Shown piece after piece: positions 9,045-17,325 of a stretch of 32,000 nt of DNA. Below the pieces are notes generated by a model. It was not told the DNA's origin. It did no database searches and was given only the letters and a program-made list of their open reading frames with translations. Both the position numbers and the translations under genes were made by a program. The first letter of the stretch is position 1; every line of letters starts with the position of its first letter. The DNA is from Nostoc punctiforme PCC 73102 (lineage in GTDB: Bacteria; Cyanobacteriota; Cyanobacteriia; Cyanobacteriales; Nostocaceae), in assembly GCF_000020025.1 (NCBI RefSeq), contig NC_010628.1:6300001-6332000 (forward strand). Direction: 5' to 3'.

Positions 9045-10373
9045 CTAATTTGAACCAGATGTAAACCTGTCTTGTTCGTTATAACGATGTAATACTCCAC
9101 AAATGGCAGCTAAAACTAACCATGAAATTACATTGAAACGGAAATCGAAGAGGGTTACATCTACTGTATTCAATAGAACCCACCCCACAAAGGCCAGAAG
9201 ATAACTAAAATATATCAATCTATCTTCTGTTTTTATATATTTTGCCTTGCGTAGTAATTGGATACCTGTAATCAAAATCCAACCAAGTAGGGCACAAAAT
9301 AAAAAAGTACTAGGAAAACCAGTTTCAGCAGATAACATCAAAAACAAGTTATGGGGATGACCCAAGGGAATCTGCGTCTGCGCTTTGTAGAGTCCACTAA
9401 AACTGCGTAATCCCCAACCAGTCCAAGGATGTTCTTTGGCTAAAGACCAGGCAAACTCCCATTGAGTTTTTCGCATTAAAGCGACTGGTCTATCTGGATA
9501 CATATCGTCATTTAACCTTGCCCAAAAGAAGGCAGGAACGTACTGGCGAAAAAATTGAGCGACTGGCGACGGAGCAAAAGCTGCCAAAAGCACGCTAGAG
9601 ACGATCGCAGCGACCCCACCCACAAGAATGCGCCAGCCTTGGTAGAGTGCATAAGCTAAACAGGCAAAAATAGCGATCGTCCAGCCATTGCGTGAGTTAG
9701 TGAAAATCAAGGTAATGAAGTTTGTAATCACCACAATGGTTAAGAAAATAAAGGGGAGTGAATTCTTCCTAATACCCAATCCTCGATACAATCGCCATTG
9801 TTCTAGCCACAACCCTAAGCTAAGGATAAAAACTATTGTTAGATAAGCGGCAAAGGTGTTAGCGTGCAAGAAAAGTGAGGCTATGCGACCTGGCGGATTT
9901 CCTCCTGGTGCGATCGTCCAATTCAACACAACCCACAAAATCTCAAATTTCAAACTCCAGCCTAAAAATAACTGTCCCAAACCAAGAATTATCACTGGCA
10001 TGGAACCGATCGCAAAAACCCAAGCCATTTGGCGCAATTGGACAAATGTTTGAATTAGGGCGCTATGGGCAACAAAAAGTAAAAAGAATGGTAATAAATT
10101 AAATAAGCCAAGGAAAGCTGCTGTTTTGTCATCGGCAAATCCAGCACTTACGATTAGCAACAGACTCAAAAGGGCAAATCCCCAGTTGAGGGGGCGGCGA
10201 TTAATTTTGTGGGATTGTTTCAGCCAAGTTATTAATGAGACAAAACCAATAGTCACAGCCCCCAACAATGGACTCAATGGGAAGATTAACAATGCCCATA
10301 GAGAGTAGTTCCAAGCAGATCGCCAGCGAGACTTGAAATAATCAGAAACCTTGTTCAAGCTGGCTCCCAACAT
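9045..10373 (-). CDS. O-antigen ligase / polymerase family (Wzy_C-like) polytopic membrane protein
   Basis: At least 10 hydrophobic helices. TNSRNGW and HPHNLFLMLSAETGFPS resemble the Wzy_C/O-antigen-ligase loop motifs. The start overlaps the upstream gene by 19 nt. Confidence 0.7.
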   Translation of the reverse strand: MLGASLNKVSDYFKSRWRSAWNYSLWALLIFPLSPLLGAVTIGFVSLITWLKQSHKINRRPLNWGFALLSLLLIVSAGFADDKTAAFLGLFNLLPFFLLFVAHSALIQTFVQLRQMAWVFAIGSMPVIILGLGQLFLGWSLKFEILWVVLNWTIAPGGNPPGRIASLFLHANTFAAYLTIVFILSLGLWLEQWRLYRGLGIRKNSLPFIFLTIVVITNFITLIFTNSRNGWTIAIFACLAYALYQGWRILVGGVAAIVSSVLLAAFAPSPVAQFFRQYVPAFFWARLNDDMYPDRPVALMRKTQWEFAWSLAKEHPWTGWGLRSFSGLYKAQTQIPLGHPHNLFLMLSAETGFPSTFLFCALLGWILITGIQLLRKAKYIKTEDRLIYFSYLLAFVGWVLLNTVDVTLFDFRFNVISWLVLAAICGVLHRYNEQDRFTSGSN

Positions 10374-11188
10374 TCCTCACGAGTGAGGCGAATTTGAGCT
10401 AATGCAAAAATAGTAGGAATGATCCGACCATAGTTAGTGGCGATCGCTCTCCATCCTAAATCTGCAAAAAACCAAGTCCACATCATTGGCCCAATCACGG
10501 CAAACATCGTGCGAGCTGCCCCATAACGAGCTGCACTCACCGTCATACCCCGTTGCGCCATTTGCATAGCTACATAGCTTTGAAATTGCGTTGCAGCAGC
10601 TTCTGTACCTGTAATCGCCGCTTGTTTTGCTACTTCATAAGTAGCAAAGTGGATGGCAAATTGACGGGCAATTTGCTTAAGTACCATTGGCTGGAGAAGT
10701 GAAGTAACCGCGATCGCACCACCGCCTTTGAAAAGCAACCCCAAGGGGTCAGGTTGTAATAAAAGTGGTAGCGGTTCTTTTAGTTCTGATTGCACAAGGT
10801 GACGCTGCACTCTGAGAGTCAATTTTTGCTTTTCCTGTTCAGGTAATTTTTTCCATACCTGTCCTAGCAGATGCAAAAATACTTCTGCTTCTAAATCAAT
10901 AGTTGGCAGCTGATGAGAATAGGGAATTTTTAGATACTTACATACTTGAACTAAGGCTTGTCGGTAAGTTACCTGGCCTGTGCGTCCGCGTAATACCGTC
11001 ATCCCATCTGCCGCCAAAAAGCGAAAGCGTCCCTCTAGTGCATCTAACCAAGCTTTACGGTCTTGGCTTTGCACTTCGATGGGTTCGGGTGTGTGTACAT
11101 AGTCTAGGGGATTGAACTTACGACTAAATAAAATTGCCGTTAAATCTTGCAATTCTTCTTCGGTCGCTAACTCTAGCGCCGCCCTCAT
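10355..11188 (-). CDS. Conserved hypothetical protein, possibly UPF0174/YaaW-like
   Basis: The ORF is open to 11311, but 11255-11316 is a 27-bp STRR hairpin, so I prefer Met42 (ATG at 11188, MRAALELATEEELQDL…). The N-terminal EEELQDLTAILF and the C-terminal IGPMMWTWFFADLGWRAIATNYGRIIPTIFALAQIRL resemble YaaW-type proteins (from memory). Confidence 0.55.
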   Translation of the reverse strand: MRAALELATEEELQDLTAILFSRKFNPLDYVHTPEPIEVQSQDRKAWLDALEGRFRFLAADGMTVLRGRTGQVTYRQALVQVCKYLKIPYSHQLPTIDLEAEVFLHLLGQVWKKLPEQEKQKLTLRVQRHLVQSELKEPLPLLLQPDPLGLLFKGGGAIAVTSLLQPMVLKQIARQFAIHFATYEVAKQAAITGTEAAATQFQSYVAMQMAQRGMTVSAARYGAARTMFAVIGPMMWTWFFADLGWRAIATNYGRIIPTIFALAQIRLTREECWEPA

Positions 11189-11254
11189 TTCATCCAATTT
11201 CCCTTCCTCCCTTCCGTGCAGCTTTCTGTACCTTATTCTACTATTAGCTATTTT

Positions 11255-11316
11255 GTCCTTTGTTATTTGTCCTTGGTCATTTGATAAATAATGACTAAGG
11301 ACAAATAACAAAGGAC
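11255..11316. repeat. 27-bp inverted repeat built from STRR heptamers (TTGTCCT/TTGTTAT/TGGTCAT)
   Basis: The left arm gtcctttgttatttgtccttggtcatt (11255-11281), the loop tgataaat, and the right arm aatgactaaggacaaataacaaaggac (11290-11316) pair with one mismatch. The repeat ends 10 nt before ATG 11326. Confidence 0.85.
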
Positions 11317-11325
11317 TATGGACTC

Positions 11326-12414
11326 ATGACAGATATTGCAGTGATTGGTGCCGGAATGGCCGGTTTAGTCTGCGCCCAGCAATTAAGTCAAGCTGGATAT
11401 TCTGTGATAGTGGTGGACAAGTCCCGTGGTTTGGGAGGAAGATTAGCTACACGCCGCTTGCATGGAACTTGGGCCGATCATGGGGCTTGTTACCTGAAGC
11501 CAAAGGGTGAATTATTTAGACGTTTTGTGGAGATATTGCGATCGCGCCATATCCTCGAAGTTTGGACAGAGGAAGTTTACGAACTCACAGCAGGCGCTCC
11601 TTTATCTGAACCGAAAAACCGCAGTCCGCGATATGTTGCACCTGGGGGAATGAGTGCGATCGCTAAATCCCTCGCTCCAGGTTTAGAAATATTACTGAAT
11701 CAGCGTGTCATTGCTATTACCCCAACTCCCGAAAATAGTTGGCGTATCACTGTTGAATCTAGCAACGAAGAATTAACTGCAAAAGCTATAGTCATCGCTA
11801 TTCCTGCACCCCAAGCGGTGATGCTGTTAGAACCTTTAGGTGAAAGTGTATTAGATACAGCCTTTCTTGATAACTTGCGTTCTGTAGAATTTTATCCTTC
11901 CATTAGTGCGATCGCTGGATATCCTCTCACATCCCAACCACTCCCTGAGTGGAAAGCTCTAACTTTTGTAGATGATGCTGATTTAGCATGGATTGGTTTG
12001 GACAGTAGCAAGCGTCCTAATCCTCAGCAGCCACATTTTGTAGTCCAAAGTAGCGCTGATTTTGCCCAACGTCATCTAGAATCCCAGGATTTAGAACCTG
12101 TTGGAAAGCTAATGTTGCAACGAGCAGCCGAATCTCTGTCCCTTCCTTGGCTGAATACTCCCGAATGGATGCAAGTACATCGTTGGCGTTATGCCTTTCC
12201 TAGCCGTCCTTGGCACGAGGCTTTTTTGTCTGCCGAAACTCCCTTACCTTTAGTTTGCTGTGGTGATTGGTGTGGCGGCAATCTTGCAGAAGGTGCGATG
12301 CTTTCTGGATTAGCGGCGGCGGATGAAATTAATCATCAGTTGCGTCATCTACCTTTAGACAATGTGAACTTTTTCAACGTTTTTGTCCGATCATTTCATC
12401 AGTCGCTAGACTGA
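11326..12414 (+). CDS. NAD(P)/FAD-dependent oxidoreductase (renalase-like, COG3380-type)
   Basis: N-terminal dinucleotide-binding motif IAVIGAGMAGLVCA…VVDKSRGLGGR. C-terminal CGDW…G.EGA motif typical of amine-oxidase-fold flavoproteins. Confidence 0.8.
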   Translation: MTDIAVIGAGMAGLVCAQQLSQAGYSVIVVDKSRGLGGRLATRRLHGTWADHGACYLKPKGELFRRFVEILRSRHILEVWTEEVYELTAGAPLSEPKNRSPRYVAPGGMSAIAKSLAPGLEILLNQRVIAITPTPENSWRITVESSNEELTAKAIVIAIPAPQAVMLLEPLGESVLDTAFLDNLRSVEFYPSISAIAGYPLTSQPLPEWKALTFVDDADLAWIGLDSSKRPNPQQPHFVVQSSADFAQRHLESQDLEPVGKLMLQRAAESLSLPWLNTPEWMQVHRWRYAFPSRPWHEAFLSAETPLPLVCCGDWCGGNLAEGAMLSGLAAADEINHQLRHLPLDNVNFFNVFVRSFHQSLD

Positions 12415-12908
12415 TTTTGCGCTCTCGTGAGTCGCTATTTGTCTGACTTACTAAAGCAATGTGCAACAGATAAGTTTTTTAGATGAAACAGTACATCTCA
12501 CAGTAAAAATAAAATGTGATATAAATTACCAACAAAGCTTAACTTCATTAAAAACTTGTTCCTAATTCAAGATTTTTATTGCCGTTAATTTTGATCCCCT
12601 AGCCTTGATGCTGCGTTTTATGTAGATTTCTGCCTTTTTGGCAAAAATTTGAAACAATTAGGATTATAAATATAAAATGTCGCTAACCTACCAGCATATT
12701 GGATGCTGTTTTAATAAGTCATGCTGTGAATCAGTATAAACTTTAACTAAAATAAGCAAAGCCAAATGTCTGATATTAAACCAAGATAAAAGGCTAGCTA
12801 CAGGGTTTATTGCATCTATCAGTTGAATTACTTTTAACTGATTTTCATCTAAAAAATTTGTTTTCTCCACCAATCATTGACTGGAATTAAAAAAGGAGTT
12901 TAAAAATT

Positions 12909-13286
12909 ATGAAAACGCTAGTTAATTTAACACAGCAATCAGTAGTAGGAGAGATTGAAAGCGTTTTGGATACATATCCATACCATCCATATCAAAAAGC
13001 CTTTGCGATTCCTGACTTACGCCAAGAGCTAATTGTTTTCGTCCTCACCCGTCTTCCCTCTTTTGACGGCGCTATGTCTGAGGGACATATTTCCCTAGCG
13101 GAGGCTGAACAAGGAAGCTTGGCCTATTACAAATTGCCTCGTAAACCCTTAGAGCAGCAACTCCACCTACAGAATTTGATTCACCAAGGCATTTGTTTAA
13201 TCGTTCAAGAAAAGTCAGATTGGATTAACGATCGTGTTTGTGAAATAGTTCAGCCAGCTTGTGAAGCCTCTCACTGGTTTGGTTAA
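12909..13286 (+). CDS. Small conserved protein, possibly ComFB-domain-like
   Basis: 125-aa ORF with an AGGAG-like sequence (aaaaaggagtttaaaaattATG). The segment VVGEIESVL…DLRQELIVFVLTRLP resembles the ComFB pattern (…ALNRLPP…). The assignment is tentative. Confidence 0.45.
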   Translation: MKTLVNLTQQSVVGEIESVLDTYPYHPYQKAFAIPDLRQELIVFVLTRLPSFDGAMSEGHISLAEAEQGSLAYYKLPRKPLEQQLHLQNLIHQGICLIVQEKSDWINDRVCEIVQPACEASHWFG

Positions 13287-13312
13287 TAGCTCGCAGTGAA
13301 TTTTTAATTTTT

Positions 13313-13358
13313 GAGCTAATCTAACGGTGTTTAGTCGTGGGGTTAGCTCAATATTTTT
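13313..13358 (+). terminator. Possible terminator hairpin downstream of 12909..13286
   Basis: The stem GAGCTAA/TTAGCTC (13313-13319 / 13343-13349) is followed by aatattttt. The loop is long, so this is weak. Confidence 0.3.
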
Positions 13359-13420
13359 GTAAGTATCCTACTCTTGAGGTGTAAACTTTGACAATTAGAT
13401 TCAAAGGACATTCCCAGGAC

Positions 13421-14299
13421 ATGAGAAAAATAACTGCTCTAATGTTGGCAAGTATTACTGTAACTGTCGGCGTGGGAGTATTAACACCCAAAGTTACTAA
13501 TGCCCAATTATTTTATCCACCAGCAAGCGATCGCCATTCATTAATGGTAATCGGTCAAGGGGTAGTGAAAGTGCCAGCAGATACAGCCGATATTGAACTG
13601 GTATTCAGTAGCGGAAGTAGCAATGGTGAGTCAGAAACGCAACCATCATCTCTACCGCAAACTCGCCGCATATCCTCACCCTCCGGGTATGCCTCCGGCA
13701 CGCCAAGGGCGAACGGCAGTCCCTCTTTGTTGGAACAACAAGACTGGGATTACAAAACAGTAGCAGAATCTTCACCAAGCAAAAAATCACTAACTAAAGC
13801 AACTCTCCAGCCTGTAGTTAATAGCCTAGTTGCCAAAGGAATTAGTGCTGATAAAATTCAAGTACAAATTAACCCGAATTCCAGCGAAAATAACGCCAAG
13901 ATATTGGTGAGGTTGGAAAAACCAACACGCGATCGCGTCCAGGAAATTGTTGCTACAGCGAATAAAGCGACAAGCCAACTTGACAATATTTCCGTTAAGA
14001 GTGTGGGCGTTGAGTACGCAGTAAATGACTGTCAGGCTTTACAGAGTTCAGTTTATCAATCAGCTATGAAAGATGCTCAAAGCCGCGCTCAGGCTTTAGC
14101 AACTGCTATGAGTGTTAAACTTGATGTTCCTTCTGTAGCTGAACCATTTTACACATTATTTTATCCCTCATGTAGTTCTAAAACTGGAGTTCCTTTACCA
14201 TCATTTGCTAGTTTTTTATTATCACCGAATTATAATCCCGATGCTCCGGCAGAAGTTGAGATGAAAAAAGATATTTTTGTGACATATACAACAAAATAA
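13421..14299 (+). CDS. SIMPL-domain (DUF541) secreted protein with a Ser/Pro-rich insert
   Basis: The preferred start is ATG 13421 (MRKITALMLASITVTVGVGVL, signal-peptide-like) rather than TTG 13388. The SIMPL-like opening strand is LMVIGQGVVKVPADTADIELVF and the closing strand is EVEMKKDIFVTYT. There is a low-complexity insert of about 60 aa after the first strand. Confidence 0.7.
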   Translation: MRKITALMLASITVTVGVGVLTPKVTNAQLFYPPASDRHSLMVIGQGVVKVPADTADIELVFSSGSSNGESETQPSSLPQTRRISSPSGYASGTPRANGSPSLLEQQDWDYKTVAESSPSKKSLTKATLQPVVNSLVAKGISADKIQVQINPNSSENNAKILVRLEKPTRDRVQEIVATANKATSQLDNISVKSVGVEYAVNDCQALQSSVYQSAMKDAQSRAQALATAMSVKLDVPSVAEPFYTLFYPSCSSKTGVPLPSFASFLLSPNYNPDAPAEVEMKKDIFVTYTTK

Positions 14300-14460
14300 C
14301 CATTTATATTCAGTGCGATCGCACCTTGATTTAATCAAGATGATAAGTGCGATCGCTTAACTATTTTGCTTTGCTTGTAAACACTCACTATTATGAGTAA
14401 GTTGATGGTATATTAATACTGGAGTCTAGACTAGATAGGTAATTTTAAATTCTAATAATG

Positions 14461-14575
14461 AAAAAACTCCAGAAATGTTTGTGACAAATCTGGAGTCAGG
14501 AAAGATACGCATTTACCTATACCAAATTTTCACCGTGAGAGTATCCTATGTCATCAGGGTATACACTCAAATACA
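14461..14575 (-). ncRNA. Candidate small RNA, unit A (unverified)
   Basis: On the minus strand, the hairpin CTCCAGA…TCTGGAG (14467-14495) is followed by U6. About 60 nt upstream lies the conserved box ATTTGAGTGTATACCC (complement of about 14556-14572). The unit is paralogous to 15101-15214. Confidence 0.3.
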
Positions 14576-14626
14576 GTAAAGAATGTATGGAGATTAACTG
14601 CTTTGTTTACACAAATTTTCTGTTTA

Positions 14627-14816
14627 AATAGGGCTTACGCACGAGTTACGGAATAAGGAACCGCAGAGGCGCAGAGAAGCCAGTGCGTTGGGGAGACAGC
14701 GCCGTGGGCGGGTTTCCCGACTTGAGGCGACTGTCGTCGGGTTCCCCGACTTGTAGCAACTGGCGCGACACAGAGAAATGAGAGTTTGAAAGATGAAATT
14801 TTGCGTAAGTCCTATT
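14627..14816. mobile_element. MITE-like element with terminal inverted repeats AATAGGGCTTACGCA / TGCGTAAGTCCTATT
   Basis: The 15-bp TIRs at 14627-14641 and 14802-14816 have 1 mismatch. The interior holds a direct repeat GGGTT(T/C)CCCGACTTG(A/T)(G/A)GC(G/A)ACTG at 14710-14733 and 14739-14762. A second element with the same TIR core lies at 18314-18462. Confidence 0.65.
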
Positions 14817-14974
14817 GAAGTAACGCAAAACAGCCCCAGTAAATCTGAGGCTGCTTTGCGAGAGTTGTTTGGTAGGAGGGGGTACATCAACAGAGTGATG
14901 CCCTATGTTAAATATAAATAATTCAGTATGCATCCCTATTCAGCCGTGTTTTGGCTTATCAGGATGATTTGAAA

Positions 14975-15095
14975 AATTGCGTAGGTGCAGCCCGCACTTC
15001 TCTACGTTCGCGCAGCGTGTCGCAGACAGACGCTCCGCGTAGCTTGCTTCCCCGGAGGGTTACAACTTGGCTCAGTGACCATCGTAGACATGGCT
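14975..15095. repeat. GC-rich small-dispersed-repeat-like segment
   Basis: ttgcgtaggtgcagcccgcac…ctacgttcgcgcagcgtgtcgcagacagacgctccgcgtag is full of short palindromes (GTGC…GCAC, CTACG…CGTAG). Its composition differs from the A+T-rich surroundings. It shares cgttcgcgcagcg with the reverse complement of 3538-3550. Confidence 0.5.
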
Positions 15096-15100
15096 TTTTC

Positions 15101-15214
15101 AAAAAGAAACTCCAGATGCACTTAAGGCATTCTGGAGTAGTAACAGGTTTCTAACATCAATTAATTTTTACATCTGCGATCGCCTGATGTCGTTGGGGTA
15201 TATACTCAAATGTA
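15101..15214 (-). ncRNA. Candidate small RNA, unit B (unverified)
   Basis: On the minus strand, the hairpin CTCCAGAATGC…GCATCTGGAG (15110-15137) is followed by TTTCTTTTTG. Upstream lies the box ATTTGAGTATATACCCC (complement of about 15195-15211). The unit is paralogous to unit A. Confidence 0.3.
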
Positions 15215-15217
15215 TTT

Positions 15218-15616
15218 ATGTCTACTCATCCGCAAATAGAACAGCAAATTACCTTCTTTTACACCCATAATCTCAATGCCTCTACAGAATTCTACGAGCA
15301 AATGCTGGGATTAGAGTTATGGCTTGACCAAGGAACCTGTCGAATTTATACTGTTAGTGGTTCTGGATACTTGGGATTTTGTCAAGCAAGCGAAACATCG
15401 ACTCCTCCAGCCGACAAGCAATCAAGTGTCATTTTTACTCTAGTAACGCCGCAGGTGGATGAGTGGTTTGAATATCTCAAAGAACGTGGTGTCAAATTTG
15501 AAAAGCCACCTACACTAAATGAAAAGTACAATATTTACCACTGTTTTTTACGCGATCCCAGTGGTTATTTAATTGAAATTCAACGTTTTGAGACTAACCA
15601 CAAAAAAAAGACATAA
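15218..15616 (+). CDS. VOC-family (glyoxalase/bleomycin-resistance/dioxygenase fold) protein
   Basis: ITFFYTHNL…STEFYEQMLGLEL at the N-terminus and FLRDPSGYLIEIQRF at the C-terminus are the typical paired beta-alpha-beta-beta-beta module signatures. Confidence 0.8.
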   Translation: MSTHPQIEQQITFFYTHNLNASTEFYEQMLGLELWLDQGTCRIYTVSGSGYLGFCQASETSTPPADKQSSVIFTLVTPQVDEWFEYLKERGVKFEKPPTLNEKYNIYHCFLRDPSGYLIEIQRFETNHKKKT

Positions 15617-15632
15617 CTAAATTAGTTATGTC
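15602..15632 (-). terminator. Terminator-like hairpin oriented for the minus strand, overlapping the VOC gene stop codon
   Basis: The stem GACATAAC/GTTATGTC (15610-15617 / 15625-15632) has a run of 8 A at 15602-15609 on the plus strand, which reads as U8 after the hairpin on the minus strand. There is no U-run on the plus-strand side. Confidence 0.45.
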
Positions 15633-16085
15633 TAAACATTCAATTTACAGGGCAGGATTTGTACAGATTAGAACTTTTGGTTTACTGGGGTACATAACAC
15701 CGACTAATGCAGTATGACCATTATCGATAGCCATCTACCTTTTCTTCTATCGACTTATCTGAGTGAAGCGCGGAATTTATACAGCCACCGATAAATATTT
15801 ACATTTCTTTACAAATAGCCACAAGCACTGTTGATTTTTATATAATGGTCGCTTAATCGCTGACAAAAAACTATTTGCATTAGTCCTAATAATTGGTATT
15901 TAACTGGACTCAATATTGTATAACAGAAGCTAAAATACAATCATTATCGCAAATGTATCATGTTTTTTAGCAAGATTAGTTTTTAAATTATCTTGTTTGC
16001 CAATTTTGCTATTTATATAGTTATTATTTTTAAAGTATCGATATTTAATATATCGATTCGCTAAATATTCTCTTGGGGTGACTGC

Positions 16086-17006
16086 ATGACAACCAAAAAA
16101 ATTACATGGCTACGTACAACATTGCAATTTAAAGGTTCGGTCATGAAAGCAATCTACAAACATATTTTATTCTGCGGAGCTTTCGGATTTTTGATTTCTC
16201 TTCTTTACCATTTTGAACTGCCTGTATCCCAACCGATTTTAGGAAGTGTTATTCCTAGTATTGTTTTAGGATTATTACTGGTATTTCGTACCAATACTGC
16301 TTATGAGCGATTTTGGGAAGGGAGAAAATGTTGGGGTTCTCTAGTAAATAATATCCGAAATCTGGCCCGGCAAATTTGGGTATCTATTGAAGAAATAGCT
16401 CCAGAAGATAAAAACAATAAAATTACAGCATTAAATTTATTGGTAGCTTTTGCTGTGACAACTAAATTACATTTACGAGGAGAAGAAGTCAATAGCGAGT
16501 TAGAAGATTTAATGCCGTCTAGTAAATATATCAAATTGAAGATTATGAATAATCCTCCTATAGAGGTTGCCTTTTGGATAGGAGATTATTTACAAGAGCA
16601 ATATCATCGCAAATGTCTTAACAGCTACCAGCTAACATCTATGCAAGAATTATTAAACAATCTTGTAGATAATTTAGGTGCTTGTGAACGGATTTTAAAA
16701 ACACCTATGCCATTAGCCTATGCCATTCATCTGAAGCAATTATTGTTACTATATTGTTTACTACTACCCTTTCAAATAGTGGCAACTCTGGGTTGGTGGA
16801 CAGGTTTAATTTCAGCTTTAGTTGGTTTTACAGTATTTGGTATTGAAGCAATCGGCTTGGAGATAGAAAACCCCTTTGGTTATGATCCTAACGACTTACC
16901 TCTAGATGCGATTTGCGCCACAATGAAACGCAATATAGACGATTTAACTACTCTGACTCCAAATGCGCGATCGCACCCAGGTAATTTGACTTATGAAAAA
17001 AGTTGA
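16086..17006 (+). CDS. Bestrophin-family (UPF0187/YneE-like) anion channel
   Basis: The hallmark FRTNTAYERFWEGRKCWG follows the second TM helix. The protein has four hydrophobic helices, about 300 aa in length, and a C-terminal ENPFGYDPNDLPLD motif. Confidence 0.85.
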   Translation: MTTKKITWLRTTLQFKGSVMKAIYKHILFCGAFGFLISLLYHFELPVSQPILGSVIPSIVLGLLLVFRTNTAYERFWEGRKCWGSLVNNIRNLARQIWVSIEEIAPEDKNNKITALNLLVAFAVTTKLHLRGEEVNSELEDLMPSSKYIKLKIMNNPPIEVAFWIGDYLQEQYHRKCLNSYQLTSMQELLNNLVDNLGACERILKTPMPLAYAIHLKQLLLLYCLLLPFQIVATLGWWTGLISALVGFTVFGIEAIGLEIENPFGYDPNDLPLDAICATMKRNIDDLTTLTPNARSHPGNLTYEKS

Positions 17007-17061
17007 GACTGTTTATAAAACAATTAGAACGTTTTCTAAGGAATTTTAACATTCATGGAAT

Positions 17062-17253
17062 TCATTTATTAAGCTTTTTGATTTGCTGCTGAAAATAGTC
17101 TCGCCAATCTATGGGTAAAGCCTCAACTTTTACGGCGCGGTGTAACAGTTCTAGGTCGTCTGTTTGGCGTGCATACAATCGGATAATATCGGCAATAGTG
17201 ACATTATTTGAGTCTCGCCCAGTCGTATGGTGTAGCGCATCGCATAGACTCAT
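17062..17253 (-). CDS. Hypothetical small protein (63 aa from ATG 17253; the ORF is open to 17343)
   Basis: The composition looks coding, and GGAAG precedes ATG 17253. The longer 93-aa form would overlap the divergent hydrolase start by 18 nt, so I prefer the shorter start. I do not recognise a family. Confidence 0.4.
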   Translation of the reverse strand: MSLCDALHHTTGRDSNNVTIADIIRLYARQTDDLELLHRAVKVEALPIDWRDYFQQQIKKLNK

Positions 17254-17325
17254 TCTTCCCTGCCCTCCAGCTTGTTTCGCAGTACTATATAAACGCGAAA
17301 CTATCTCTTCATTGGTGGATGTGCA

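Noticed and set aside
9045-10373. Calling the polytopic membrane protein IctB (the bicarbonate-transport-associated protein)
   Set aside because: It shares only the generic O-antigen-ligase-type motifs. I could not recognise IctB-specific sequence, so only the family-level call is given.
12688-12873. 61-aa minus-strand ORF (GTG start) divergent from the ComFB-like gene
   Set aside because: It lies in very A+T-rich intergenic DNA, has a non-ATG start and no RBS, and I recognise no family. It could be real but I cannot support it.
14496-14560. Whether candidate sRNA unit A is a Yfr1/Yfr2-family RNA
   Set aside because: The minus strand contains GGAUACUCUCACGG, which resembles the Yfr1 core ACUCCUCACAC as I recall it but is not identical. 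Unit B lacks it. I cannot run a covariance model, so I make no family call.
14624-15154. ORFs 14624..14890, 14646..14933 (minus) and 14951..15154 (plus)
   Set aside because: They are translations of the MITE and the GC-rich SDR-like repeats (for example …RSRSVSQTDAPRS…). They are bounded by TIRs and palindromes and do not have the local codon pattern.
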